Positions 45,013 through 57,374 are shown, counted from the stretch's first letter. The stretch: DNA of 64,000 nucleotides from Octopus vulgaris (GCA_951406725.2 OX597817.1:161882001-161946000), one strand, 5' to 3'. Numbers and translations: made by a program. Notes: generated from the sequence alone by a model not told the origin.

Positions 45013-45492
45013 CAAGATAAAAAAGAAGCAAATGCTTTCAACTTCCTTGATTTCCCTCATTTGGTTCTACCGTGTGACAACCCAGCCATGACACTCACCA
45101 AAACCACACACATTATCAGCAATTTTTCTGACACCACCACCACCGCCAAAGTACTACTTCCGCTTCATTACATTAGAAGCTACTTCTTCTCCGCAACTGC
45201 GCAACCGTGCAATCACCGGAAACGAGAATTTAACAGAAGATTGTTAACCAGCAGTCACCATCTTTTATTTTTCATGATTTTTCTTTCCAAGATGAGCAAC
45301 ATTCAAACTACAGGTGGCGTTCCTGTGCTGTAGTTGATGTAGATAGAATGGTTCTATTTATAGGCAGATGCCTTATACCACCCGAGGTGGTGGCTGCGGG
45401 CGGAGAGACAGTTAATTGAAGTGGCATAGTCAAAGGATTAATTCAACGATGATTTGTTAATCAACTGCGCCATTTTGTGCATATACGTGCGT

Positions 45493-45543
<51 letters not shown>

Positions 45544-46394
45544 CGTGCGTGCGTGAGAGAGAGAGAGTGTGAGAGAGAGAAAGAGAGAAAGAGAGAGCAT
45601 GTGTGTGTTTATGTCTATATGAGAGTGTATTTGTGTATGTGTGTGTGAGAGAGGGAGAGATACAGAGAGAGAGAGAGAAAGAGAGACAGTCTGGCTGAGA
45701 GATCAATGAAGACATACAGGTCGATGCAATTAGGGGGTGGTAGATAGTCAGACAAATAGAGGGTAAGAGAGAAAGAGAGAGCTGATAAAACACTACACAC
45801 ACACACACCCCAAACACACATACACACACACTCATGCATATTTCATCACACGCATACATATAACATATACATGAACACAGCCATGCACACTCATTATTAC
45901 ACGCACTCACACAATCACACAATTTAGACATTCATTCATTCACAAAGACACACGATTCACACGCGTGCCCGCGCATACATACATACACACAGACACATAT
46001 ACACACACACTCACACGCAATAAAACACAACACACACAATAAACACAACACACCCATACTAGCTGATCCATAACAGTCATATGATCACGTATATACACAA
46101 TGAAAGGGATTCTGCAATGTTGTTCAAGCTGTTAGAAACTGCAGCCAAATCCCCTTCAAATCATATCTTACAATTTTAAAAGAAAAACCAAGATAACATC
46201 AGGTAATGTGATTTTTGATCTGATCCTAGTTATATTGTATCTGAAAAACAAAATTAAAACAGGGTGGTTATGGCTGGAGTGCCTTTTGATCACAGGTCTG
46301 CTTGATCAAAGTTGATCTGGAGCCAAAAGTTCAAGCATTAAGACTCATCTTATGAAAAGTAAATTTTGAGCTGGTTTGGACGGGTGATAATAAT

Positions 46395-46647
46395 AATGAA
46401 GATTATGCCTACAATAATTGGTGCTTTGGGAACTTTAAGCAAAGATACGGACAAACGGTTGGAGATTGGAATAGAAAGTCCTGTAGAGCTTCTACAGTAA
46501 GTTTGCCTCTTAAGGACAGGAAAAGTTATCAGGAAGGTTCTAGACACTTGAAAGACTATTGAAAGCTAATGAATACCTAAGGTTACAGGTAGTAACCCGC
46601 TACCCACATAAATCCTGCCCGGAATGAGACTGAACCCGAATCAAGTC
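46395..46647 (+). mobile_element. R4/Dong-clade LINE 3' end running into (TAA)n
   Basis: PTIIGALGTL...ELLQ*VCLLRTGKVIRKVLDT*, 3'UTR, then AATAATAAT. Confidence 0.75.
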
Positions 46648-46708
46648 AATAATAATAATGATACTAATGTTAATAATAATAACAACAACAACAACAACAA
46701 CAATAATG

Positions 46709-46774
<66 letters not shown>

Positions 46775-46869
46775 GTGATGATGATGATGATGATTTCCTT
46801 ATTGGCCACAAGGGCCGAACACAAAACAAAAAGGGACAACACAACACAAAAGAAAATAATAATAATATC

Positions 46870-47110
46870 TAGGGTTTCATCACTCGTGCAGGAGGAACCT
46901 CTCCCTGGACTCCTTCCATCGCTCTCTGTCGTTGGCTAGTCGTGGTCATGTAGGCCCCAGATAACCGGTGAGATCATCTCACCGTCTTGTCCTTAGTTGG
47001 CCTTTTGATCTTGTCCATTAGCTTGGTGTCTATTCCGTCACTCTGATTGTCCATCTGTTGGCCTTCAGTCGTACAATGTGGTCAGCCCTTCCTTGGTGGT
47101 TCTTACGATG
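46870..47110 (-). mobile_element. RTE-like LINE 3' end
   Basis: Minus HIVRLKANRWTIRVTE...LANDRERWK. Confidence 0.6.
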
Positions 47111-47901
47111 TTATTGACTCTTGTGTGTTGATGTGGATTAGTCAGATATTTCAGTTAAATGCAGCAGCGCAGCTCTGAGGCGGGATGCCATGTGGGGTCA
47201 GTCTTCCACGGGCGGCTCTTTTATGGGGTAACCTTTTTGGGTCTGCTTTATAACCCTGTAAAAGGGACGGTGGGAAAAGAGATGGTGGCAAACAGAAGAA
47301 GTCCCGATTGCACACACTCTAGTTATGTCATTGCCTAAACAATTGCCGATTCCTCAAACAAGCTTCTTGTGGAGAGACAAGCTTCTGTGGAACATAACAG
47401 ATCTCAGCACAAAACGAAGAAGAGACATAAAGATGGTCTGAGATTGGCCTAAGAGGAATTGACATCGAAATTGGGAATTGGGAAGAATTAACAGCAAACT
47501 GCATGGCATTGAGAAACCATATTTAAGATACCGGAGGAAAATAAAATGGCGGCTGCAAATATTTCGCATGCAAAGTTGCTTTGAGTAAATTACAAGGTGG
47601 GAAACAAAACTTTCTTGTAGTATTCTGCTTTCACAGGTTGGATTGATTAGTCATTGGGAAAATGTCTTCATGCTAAGTTTAAGAATTCCCTAATAACATT
47701 AGTCATACTAATAATGTCATATCAAATGTTGGATCAAACTACGTGACTATTCTGGTCCTGGTTCTGAGAGATCTTCTGGGGTTTATGTTTAGCGCTCACA
47801 TAATGGATCATCGCTAAGAACACAGTATCATTGTTGTAAGGAGAGGTTGTAGTTTAGCATTCAGATTACTCTGTCAAATGTAATGCTTATTTATTAACAT
47901 T

Positions 47902-48261
47902 TACGGAGATGTACTTGCATAGCAAGGGACCTGATCTGCGATCGTGTGCTGGAACGAAAACAATTGTAGGGTGGAAGGTGTTTATAAGCCATTTAAGAAA
48001 CACACAAAATCCGCTAGATTCACTTCAACATTTAAATTTAATTTGTCAAAATATTTTCGTCGCTTTGTGACTGCGACCTGTTCACTGACAAAATTCCGTG
48101 CTGACTAAATTCCGTGCAGCACGGAATTTTGTCAGTGAACAGGTCGCAGTCTTAAAGCGACAAAAATATTTTGACAAATTAAATTTAAATGTTGAAGTGA
48201 ATCTAACGGATTTTGTGTGTTTCTTAAATGGCTTATAAACACCTTCCACGCTGCAATTGTT
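47902..48261. mobile_element. Foldback insertion (~147-bp inverted arms) carrying hammerhead-like motifs, 12-bp TSD
   Basis: Arms 47957-48103 and 48117-48263; TSD TTTATTAACATT at 47890-47901 and 48262-48273. Confidence 0.8.
48042..48092 (-). ncRNA. Candidate minimal type I hammerhead ribozyme, G3:C8 core variant
   Basis: TTTGTCA-GTGAACA-G-GTCGC-agtcacaaa-GCGAC-GAAA-ATAT-TT-TGACAAA: 7-bp stem I, 5-bp stem II, palindromic stem III. Activity not shown. Confidence 0.55.
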
Positions 48262-48734
48262 TTTATTAACATTGTTTTTGGATTAATCATGCATTATCTT
48301 ATAGCTTCAACATTTCGACGATGTGATTGCTTATATTTAGAGTGACATTGTAAGGTAGGCGTGAGAGGCCGGATCTGGCCGGTTTGAACATAAACCAGAT
48401 AGAAAATTTAAATGCATTATGTTTAAATGGGAAGTAACGTATTTGAGGGCATAAAAGAGGCACGGACATATTAGACGCAATCCAATTTCAGCGGCGCATA
48501 TTCAAGAAAAAAGTTTTAAGCGTATTAAAACTTATGGGAAGCCTAACTTCGAATATAGGATCCAGTGTGATGTTTTTGAGATACTTTTTTAAAAAACAAA
48601 GTGTGTCTCAAGTGCCATCAAATTTGGTAGTTTATTTTGTTTCAAGGCAAATCGGCTTCAAAAATCTGAATTGATGAACTACTTTTTTAATCCGGGAAAG
48701 CAGTGGCCATGACACGTTACAGGGTGTCTGAGAG

Positions 48735-49182
48735 ACTGATGGAGGAAGAAAAGGGGGAGGGGAAGGATGGAGAGGGAGAGAGTGGGGGAAAGCGAGGGCA
48801 AGGCAGGAGGGAAGGTGGGAAGGTGGCAGGGCGGGAGGGAATGTGGGAGGGGATGGAGGGAGGAGGGAAGGAGGAAAGAGAGGGAAGGAGAAAAGCGAGG
48901 GAAGGAGGAAAGAGAGGGAAGGAAGGAAAGAGAGGCAAGGAGGAAAGAGAGGGAAGGAAGAAAGAAAAGGAAGGGGGAAAGAGAGGGAAGAAGGAAAGAG
49001 AGGCAAGGAGGAAAGAGAGGCAAGGAGGAAAGAGAGGGAAGGAAGAAAGAAAGGGAAGGAGGAAAGAGAGGGAAGAAGGAAAGAGAGGCAAGGAGGAAAG
49101 AGAGGGAAGTAAATGGGTGGATGGATGGAGGGAGGGGAGAGAAAGGAAGGGGGAAAGGAAAGAGGGAGGAAGGGATGGAGGA
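48735..49182. repeat. Purine-rich minisatellite (~17-bp GGAAAGAGAGG(G/C)AAGGA)
   Basis: Direct reading. Confidence 0.9.
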
Positions 49183-49526
49183 AGATATCCTCGAACTGGG
49201 TATCTGGCCCGAATGCTTGCAAGATAGCGAACTTAACTTAATGACACCGAAGGTACCCCGGGTGGCGGTGTGTTAAACTGGATGACGAACAAAGTCTACC
49301 ACCTATGGCGGAATTTGACCTCAGAGGCGGAGCAAATACTGCAAAGCATACAGTTCAAAGTTATTGCAGTTTTACCAATTCCCCGAGGACGAAAGGGAAA
49401 GTTGCCTTGGAACAAACTTGAAGTCAGAGTGGGGACATTCTTCAAGATTTTTACTTTCAAGTCCTTTTCAACTAAACTAATGTTGTGTGTAGTTATTCCT
49501 CTCTATCACTAATCCTTATTATCATT

Positions 49527-49825
49527 AGCCCATCTCGCTCAAAAGGTCCCTGAATAAGGGTTGTTTAAGGATGTTGAAAGAACCACGCATGTTTCCAGAG
49601 GTGAATTATTCAAACCCCAAAGAATCCCTCTCAACACATGGCTATGATGCTCCCCCACTACTTCTGCTCGTTATCAGAGATGCACATATCGTCAGCCACT
49701 AAGGGACATGCTCAACTGGTTAAGGTCAAACAACTGACAAGCAAATCTGTGGTATTGAGCAGAATATTTGCTGTAGCCCATCTTTTATACCAAGACAAAA
49801 CAATGTACTTGATAGCACTTCCAAT
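49527..49825 (-). mobile_element. Non-coding (TAA)n-embedded repeat
   Basis: Homologous to 15147-15447. Confidence 0.8.
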
Positions 49826-49844
49826 TATTATATTATTATTATTA

Positions 49845-49920
<76 letters not shown>

Positions 49921-49924
<4 letters not shown>

Positions 49925-50095
49925 TTCTTTACTACCCACAAGGGGCTAAACACAGAGGGGAAAAACAAGGACAGACAAACGGATTAAGTCGATTATATCG
50001 ACCCCACTGCGAAACTGGTACTTTATCTGTCGACCCCGAAAGGATGAAAGGCAAAGTCGACCTCGGTGGAATTTGAACTCAGAACGTAACGAAAT
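49921..50095 (-). mobile_element. SINE family B, headless
   Basis: Body and tail only. Confidence 0.85.
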
Positions 50096-50679
50096 CGTTA
50101 TTATTATTATTTGATATGCTGGAGCACCACCTTGAAGGGTTTTAGTTGAACAAATCGACCCCAGTACGCATTTTAAAGCGTAGTAATTTTTTGTCTAACC
50201 CAGGGATCGGGGTGCTTTTTTTAACCAATTACTCCTAAATATATTTATTTACGCTGACGTTACCTGCTTGATTCGAATGGAAGAAAATCATAGATAACAG
50301 GGAACACGTTTTTTTTTTTATATAATTTTACTTATGTCTAATGAGTCCTCATTACCTCCAAGAATTTCATTTTTACCTCCACTTGGGGTAACTTACCCCG
50401 GTTCACCGACCTCTAATCTAATTACTAAGTTATGTGGACGCTAACAAACCAACACCGGTTGCCAAGTGGTGGAAGAACAAGCAAATTTCACTCGCAAGAT
50501 AAGAGCTATAATGGAAGACATCCAAATTGCCGCGAAGTGGGACTGAACTTGAAATCATGTGGTCGGAAAGCGAGCGTCCTAACCATACAACCAAGCCCGA
50601 GTCTTTATTCTTGACACAACGTCTGGATGGCTTTTCATCAATCATGATGTATGTAAGGGACGTGGCTTTTACAAAAATT

Positions 50680-50946
50680 GGTACAACTTAAGAAGAGTGG
50701 TCCCGGTGCGCGCACTCGCGTAATCGCGCATCCGCACTAGCTAGTCGTGACTAGTCGATCCTACAATAACTACCTAGCAAAGTAAATAAAACACAAAAAT
50801 TTTTTTTACAGAAAGTAAATAATTTTTCTTAAAAAAGTAAATAAAATACAAAAACACAAAATAAGGATCGACTAGTCACGGCTAGCTAGCGCGGATGCGC
50901 GACCACGCGAGTGCGCGCACTGGGACCACTCTTCTTAAGTAGTACC
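50680..50946. mobile_element. MITE with ~83-bp GC-rich TIRs, Merlin-like ends
   Basis: GGTACAACTTAAGAAGAGTGGTCCC... / ...GGGACCACTCTTCTTAAGTAGTACC; flanks CAAAAATT / CAAAAATC. Confidence 0.8.
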
Positions 50947-51088
50947 CAAAAATCCATTTAAATTTCTAAATTATTGGTTCTTCTATGGATTGTTCAAAGT
51001 TTTCGTTTCTATACACTTATCCGCATACTTTTTCATGTACTCCCAAATCATTTAAATCGTACTTCGACCGATAGTTTTTGCCAGTTAT

Positions 51089-51470
51089 GGAGGCGCAATG
51101 GCCCAGTGGTTAGGGCAGCGGACTCGCGGTCGGAGGATCGCGGTTTCGATTCCCAGACCGGGCATTGTGAGTGTTTATTGAGCGAAAACACCTAAAGCTC
51201 CACGAGGCTCCGGCAGGGGGTGGTGGTGAACCCTGCTGTACTCTTTCACCACAACTTTCTCTCACTCTTTCTTCCTGTTTCTCTTGTACCTGTATTTCAA
51301 AGGGCCAGCCTTGTCACATCATGTGTGTCACGCTGAATCTCCCCGAGAACTACGTTAAGGGTGCACGTGTCTGCGGAGTGCTCAGCCACTTGCACGTTAA
51401 TATCACGAGCAAGCTGTTCCGTTGATCGTATCAGCTGGGACCCTCATCGTCGCAACCGACGGAGTGCTCC
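51089..51470 (+). mobile_element. SINE family C, full length, TSD TAGTTTTTGCCAGTTAT
   Basis: 17-bp duplicated flank. Confidence 0.93.
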
Positions 51471-51486
51471 TAGTTTTTGCCAGTTA

Positions 51487-51526
<40 letters not shown>

Positions 51527-51708
51527 GTTTTTATTACACCCGGCAAAACAAAACATAACAATTGCTACCCGTTAGGCCAAAAATTCGAGAGGACTTTGAA
51601 AATGTGGAAATTTATTTATGTGTTTGTGTGTATATGTGTGTGTGTGTGCGTGCGTGTGTGCGTGTGCGTGTGTACAAAATAACTGCGCTCACAATAAAAA
51701 CAGTATAC

Positions 51709-51710
<2 letters not shown>

Positions 51711-51798
<88 letters not shown>

Positions 51799-51826
51799 TT
51801 GTTTGTATATGGGTGTGCATGTGTGC

Positions 51827-51857
<31 letters not shown>

Positions 51858-52767
51858 TGTATGTATGTATGTATGTATGTATGTATGTATGTATGTATGT
51901 ATGTATGTATGTATGCATGTATGTATGTATGTATGTATGTATGCATGCATGTATGTATGTATGTATGTATGTATGTATGTATGTATGTATGTATGCATGC
52001 ATGTATGTATGTATGTATGTATGTATGCATGCATGTATGTATGTATGCATGCATGTATGTATGTATGCATGCATGCATGTATGTATGTATGTATGTATGT
52101 ATGTATGTATGTATGTATGCATGCATGTATGTATGTATGTATGTATGTATGTATGTATGTATGTATGCATGCATGCATGTATGTATGTATGTATGTATGT
52201 ATGTATGTATGTATGCATGCATGCATGTATGCATGCATGCATGTATGTATGTATGTATGTATGTATGTATGTATGTATGTATGTATGTATGTATGCATGC
52301 ATGCATGTATGTATGTATGTATGTATGCATGCATGTATGCATGCATGCATGTATGTATGTATGCATGCATGTATGTATGTATGTATGTATGTATGTATGT
52401 ATGTATGCATGCATGCATGCATGCATGTATGTATGTATGTATGTATGTATGTATGTATGTGTGTATGTATGTATGTATGTATGTATGTATGTATGTATGT
52501 ATGTATGCATGCATGCATGCATGTATGTATGTATGTATGTATGTATGTATGTATGTATGTATGCATGCATGCATGTATGTATGTATGCATGCATGTATGT
52601 ATGTATGTATGTATGTATGTATGTATGTATGTATGTATGTATGTATGTATGTATGTATGTATGTATGTATGTATGTATGCATGCATGTATGTATCTATGT
52701 ATGTATGTATGTATGTATGCATGTGTGTATGTATGTATGTATGTATGTATGTATGTATGTATGTATG
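51711..52767. repeat. (GACA)/(GATA) then ~940-bp (TATG)/(CATG) microsatellite
   Basis: Direct reading; explains the 300-400 aa HTYI/MYVC ORFs. Confidence 0.98.
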
Positions 52768-53364
52768 AATTTTCTCCATTCTGCCACCTGTAGTAAATAT
52801 AGACCGGTGTATCGCTGAAAGCGATATATAAAGTTATTATACAGCCCAAAGTAAGATAAAACAAAAATCCAATGAAACACCAATGAAACAATTACTTAAA
52901 TAGTAATTAATTACCAGCTCATGTCACAGTATTCATTAAGTAATTCATAATGCAGAACATGCGTTATATCGGGTGTTTGTGAATTACGGTTCCTTTTAGA
53001 GCGGCACGAAAAAGGAGCGAAGGGGCTATTTTTATGGGAACTGACAGAAATGGGTTTACTGCTGCATTGTGTATTCGAAGTACACGGCTCGTATTAAGAC
53101 TGACTTAATGAAAAATTATGCTTTCACTTGCTGCTGTGAATGTGTAATATATACAAAGTGGACTGTCTCATTCTCATGAGCTTTTAGAAGTTGTAGGTTT
53201 ATAAGTAGTATATGTTATTAAGAAATGAGCCAAAAAGTAAGAAAATACGAGGCAGAAAAACAAATGTGGTATTAGTATAACGTTTAAAAGAAAGGAAAAG
53301 AGTTTTGATGTTTCGGATAATAGTCCTTCATCAAAAAATAAAATAAAGTATAAAATAAAAAATT

Positions 53365-53612
53365 GGAGGCGCGTGGCATAGTGGTTAGGGTGTCAGCATC
53401 ATGATCGTAAGATTTTGGTTTCGATTCCTGGACCGGGCGACGCGTTGTGTTCTTGAGCAAAACACTTCATTTCACGTTGCTCCAGTTCACTCAGCTGCCA
53501 AAAATGAGTAACGCTGCGATGGACTGGCGTCCCGTCCAGCTGGGGAGCATATACGCCATAGAAACCGGGAAACTGGACCCATGAGCCTGGCTAAGCTTTA
53601 AAAGGGCGCATT
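53365..53612 (+). mobile_element. SINE family D
   Basis: GGAGGCGCGTGGCATAGTGGTTAGG...GGTTTCGATTCC...CTCCAGTTCACTCAGCTG. Confidence 0.82.
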
Positions 53613-53904
53613 AAAAAATTTTTCTTATAAAATATAAAGGAGAAATGGTGATTGAAAAGAGGAAAAAGGTTAGGAGCCAGATAGAAATGCTATCCTATGG
53701 GGGAAGTTAGATGGGTGGAGGAAACGGGGTGGTGTATGCCTATATAGCAGAGTATCCGTGCATATGTAGCTTGATGTACAGTTAAGAAGGGCATTCAGCC
53801 GCTGGTGAAATATAATGAAATCCCAACAAAATACCGCTATTCCGCTATTCCGCTATTCCTGTTCGCGAAGATTGTATATACAAAGTGCTTACATCTGTAT
53901 AACT

Positions 53905-54131
53905 CTTTTACTCTTTTGCTTGTTTCAGTCATTTGACTGCGGCCATGCTGGAGCACCGCCTTTAGTCGAGCAAATCAACTCCAGGACTTATTCTTTGGAA
54001 GCCTAGTACTTATTCTATCAGACTCTATTGCCGAACCGCTAAGTTACGGGAGCATAAACACACCAGCATCGGTTGTCAAGCGATGTTGGGGTAGACAAAC
54101 ACAGACACACAAACATACACACACACACACA

Positions 54132-54219
<88 letters not shown>

Positions 54220-54385
54220 CGACGGGCTTCTTTCAGTTTCCATCTACCAAATCCATTCACAAGGCTTTTGTCGGCCCGAGGATATAGTAGAAGACACTTG
54301 GCCAAGGTGCCACGCAGTGGGACTGAACCCGGAACCATGTGGTTGGTAAGCAAGCTACTTACCACACAGCCACTCCTGCGCCTGT
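53905..54385 (-). mobile_element. SINE family A
   Basis: Full reverse-complement copy. Confidence 0.9.
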
Positions 54386-55299
54386 ATGTACACAGAGCTA
54401 GCAAAAAAATCTATAAATATATTCTGTAGTACAGTACACCTTTCCAGGTAGAGATTCTGGTAACTTAACAGAAGTCCAACGTTGTATAATTGTAAGCTAT
54501 GAAAACTGCAGTGGCTGTAATTCTAAAGTGCATAAGCTACTGGCTTATACAATGTTTTGAACTATTGATAAAAAGCCTGAATGTTAGATGACTAATTTTA
54601 CTGGTAACATAATTGCCTGCAAGCGACTCCATGGGGGAGGCGTCACTTTCTTATTTAATATTAATTGGGACCGTCTGTCTTTGCGATAAAGAGTAAATAA
54701 TTTAATTTCCTTTGTATAGAAATTATATACTGCCATCGCATCCACAGAAAAATTCAGTTTGAAACCACGAAAATTCCTTTGCCAGATGAAGGGTCTTGGG
54801 AACTTCGAAGCGGATTTGTTAAACTCCTTCAAGAAAGTAAGATATCGGCAATCTTCTGACACCTTTCTAAATTCATTCCACAATTATTTCGTGTTCACAT
54901 TCTCGCCGACAAAACAGAGAGCATGTACGAAACAAACGCCACAAACTATCTTTATCCAACAAATTCTAATAATTTTGAAAAATCATAAATTCCTGTTCAT
55001 TGAGTTACCGTATAATTACCGTTGCACCATTTATGAACATTTATAAACTATTGTACTATTCCCAAAATTCACTTCTGTTTGACGATCAGTTACGTGGAAC
55101 ACTGAGCAACCGTTTATAAGTAACTGTTTATGAAATTTTTTTTCAGCTTGAATAAAATTACATTTTATTCTGCTTTCAATACTCGAGTGCTGTTTTCTCC
55201 CATTCTTTTACACTTATGTCCTCGCATGTGTATACATACGTGCATAATACATATATGCATACATGTTACATATATAAATCCACACGTTTTTTCATTCTC

Positions 55300-55447
55300 T
55301 CTCTGTTTATTTTATCTTATTCCTTTCTGTTGAAGAGCGTAGGCTCGAAACGTAAAAGATTTTCTCACTTTCCCGAGCGTCAAACTAATGCACCTGCTTG
55401 TTGTTCAAACACCTGTCTTGGTCTTTTTGTTTTTCTGTAAATTCCAA

Positions 55448-55448
<1 letters not shown>
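55300..55448 (+). mobile_element. Penelope pLTR-like repeat with hammerhead-like motif (55323-55358)
   Basis: CTTT-CTGTTGA-A-GAGC-gtag-GCTC-GAAA-CG-TA-AAAG. Confidence 0.65.
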
Positions 55449-55544
<96 letters not shown>

Positions 55545-55633
55545 CATACACACAAAGAAAGAAAGAAGAATGTTTTTTTGAAACTGAAACTGAGCTCGTC
55601 TCGTGACTCGAATTTCACGTTGCGTGCGCGTAT

Positions 55634-55671
<38 letters not shown>

Positions 55672-55707
55672 GTGCGTGTGCGTGCGTGCGCATATATATA
55701 TATATAG

Positions 55708-55892
55708 GGAGAATTCGCGAAAAAAACAAAAGAGGAAGACAGGTGGTGTAGAAAACCAACAGATGTATTGTTATAACGCTCGGGATTGAAAAAGTCTTTT
55801 ACGTTTCGAGCCTACGCTCTTCTACAGAAAGGGACACAGAAAGAAACAAGGAAAGAAAAAAAATGTGCGTAGTGGCTACCGATCTATCATGA
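55708..55892 (-). mobile_element. Penelope pLTR-like repeat with hammerhead-like motif (55796-55831)
   Basis: Minus CTTT-CTGTAGA-A-GAGC-gtag-GCTC-GAAA-CG-TA-AAAG. Confidence 0.65.
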
Positions 55893-56618
55893 TATATATA
55901 TATATATATATATATTAATTATTCGCGATATCTCTCTTATATTTCCTTCATTATACACTATATATTTTTATTACATTTTTTCTATTAAATTTTTCCCATT
56001 ATTTGTTTCATTTTCATTTTTTCTTTTATTTTCCTTTATTTTTCCATTATTTTCCATTTCTATCATTATTATTTATTTGCTGTTTTTTCATTACTGCTTT
56101 CATTATTTTCATTTTCATTTTTTTTTTTTTAACATCCATTGTCTGCCTTCTTCCACCGACCAACCTTTATCATAGTTCCCGCTATTTTTTATATTTTCCA
56201 ACAGATTTCTAATAATAAAAATTATTGAAATGATTTTTATGATTATGTCTTCAACATTTTTCTAAGTTCTTCAGTTGTTAATAACTACTTTTTATTTTCT
56301 ATTGTTAATTATGATGTTAGATTCATTACCAAAAGTTTAAATTGCTCAGCTCCTAATTTTAGAGCTACGTCTAAAAAAATACAAAACAATGAACTATGTT
56401 TTTTAGCTTGGATTCTGTTGCGACCGTTAAATCTAATTCTTTGAATACGTTGAGAAACTTCATAATAGCAGCCGTTGTCTGTCATCGCGGCAAAGACTAA
56501 TTTCTGCTTTTCCAAAGTAATCTAAGTTGCACAGTTATTTTATTAAAGCACACGATCCCATGGCTTCTTCAAACAATTTCTAACAGTTACGTTTAACCAT
56601 AAAAGTATTACTGTAAAG

Positions 56619-56942
56619 TGAAGGCGCATGGCTTAATGATCAGGGCATTCTGCTCACGATCGGAAGGTCGTGAGGTCAATTCCCGGTGACGCGTTGTGTC
56701 CTTGAGCTAGCCACTTTATTTCACGTTGCTCTAGTCCACTCAGCTGGCAAAAATGAGTTGTACCTGTATTTCAAAGGGCCAACCTTGTCACACTCTGTGT
56801 CATGCTGAATCTCCCTGAGAACTACGTTAAGGACACACGTGTCTGTGGAGTGCTCAGCCACTTGCACGTTAATTTCACGAGCAAGCTGTTCCATTGATCG
56901 TATCAGCTGGGACCCTCGTCGTCGTAACCGACGGAGTGGTCC
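56619..56942 (+). mobile_element. Chimeric SINE: family D head/core + family C tail
   Basis: D-type core to ~56758, then TGTACCTGTATTTCAAAGGGCC...GTAACCGACGGAGTG as in family C. Confidence 0.8.
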
Positions 56943-57374
56943 TTAATTATTGTAAAATTAGCAAAATTTTTCCAACATGAATTATAATTTAGCTAATACT
57001 AAAGTTTGTTAATGAAGAGATTGCATAAATTAAAATTTTTATAATCTGTTATTGAACCTTTTGATAACCGATAAAATTTTATTCCACAACGGAAGAGAAG
57101 TGACCTGCTTAAAGTTACAAATGAATCTAAAATATTTTGATTGACCCTACTTTTTCTTGGTTTCTACTTTAAAGTTGGCGTGAGAATTATAGCTATCATC
57201 TCTAGAAGTATTCTTTGGTTCGTGTAACACTAAAGGTTTTATTTTATTTCGGTTCGTCTTTTTCAGTTGGTAGCCATTTCTAATGCTTCTAAAGCAGAAA
57301 CATGAAAACTGCAAGCGCTGGTTTTCATACGAGTTTCAATAATATTGTTTAAAAGGTGTCTATCTGTTGAATGC

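Noticed and set aside
48632-49276. Lys/Glu/Arg/Gly-rich and Pro/Leu/Ser-rich ORFs
   Set aside because: Products of the purine minisatellite, open in all frames.
51089-51165. tRNA genes at the heads of families A, C and D
   Set aside because: They continue into SINE bodies with TSDs and lack a proper acceptor stem.
51612-52891. 300-400 aa ORFs (HTYI/MYVC repeats), and similar ORFs at 61, 12279, 25149, 30505, 33208 and 40657
   Set aside because: Translations of stop-free di- and tetranucleotide microsatellites, open on both strands; no coding signal.
54584-55046. Two ~100-aa ORFs in non-microsatellite sequence
   Set aside because: No recognisable domain and no supporting splice structure; possibly decayed TE sequence.
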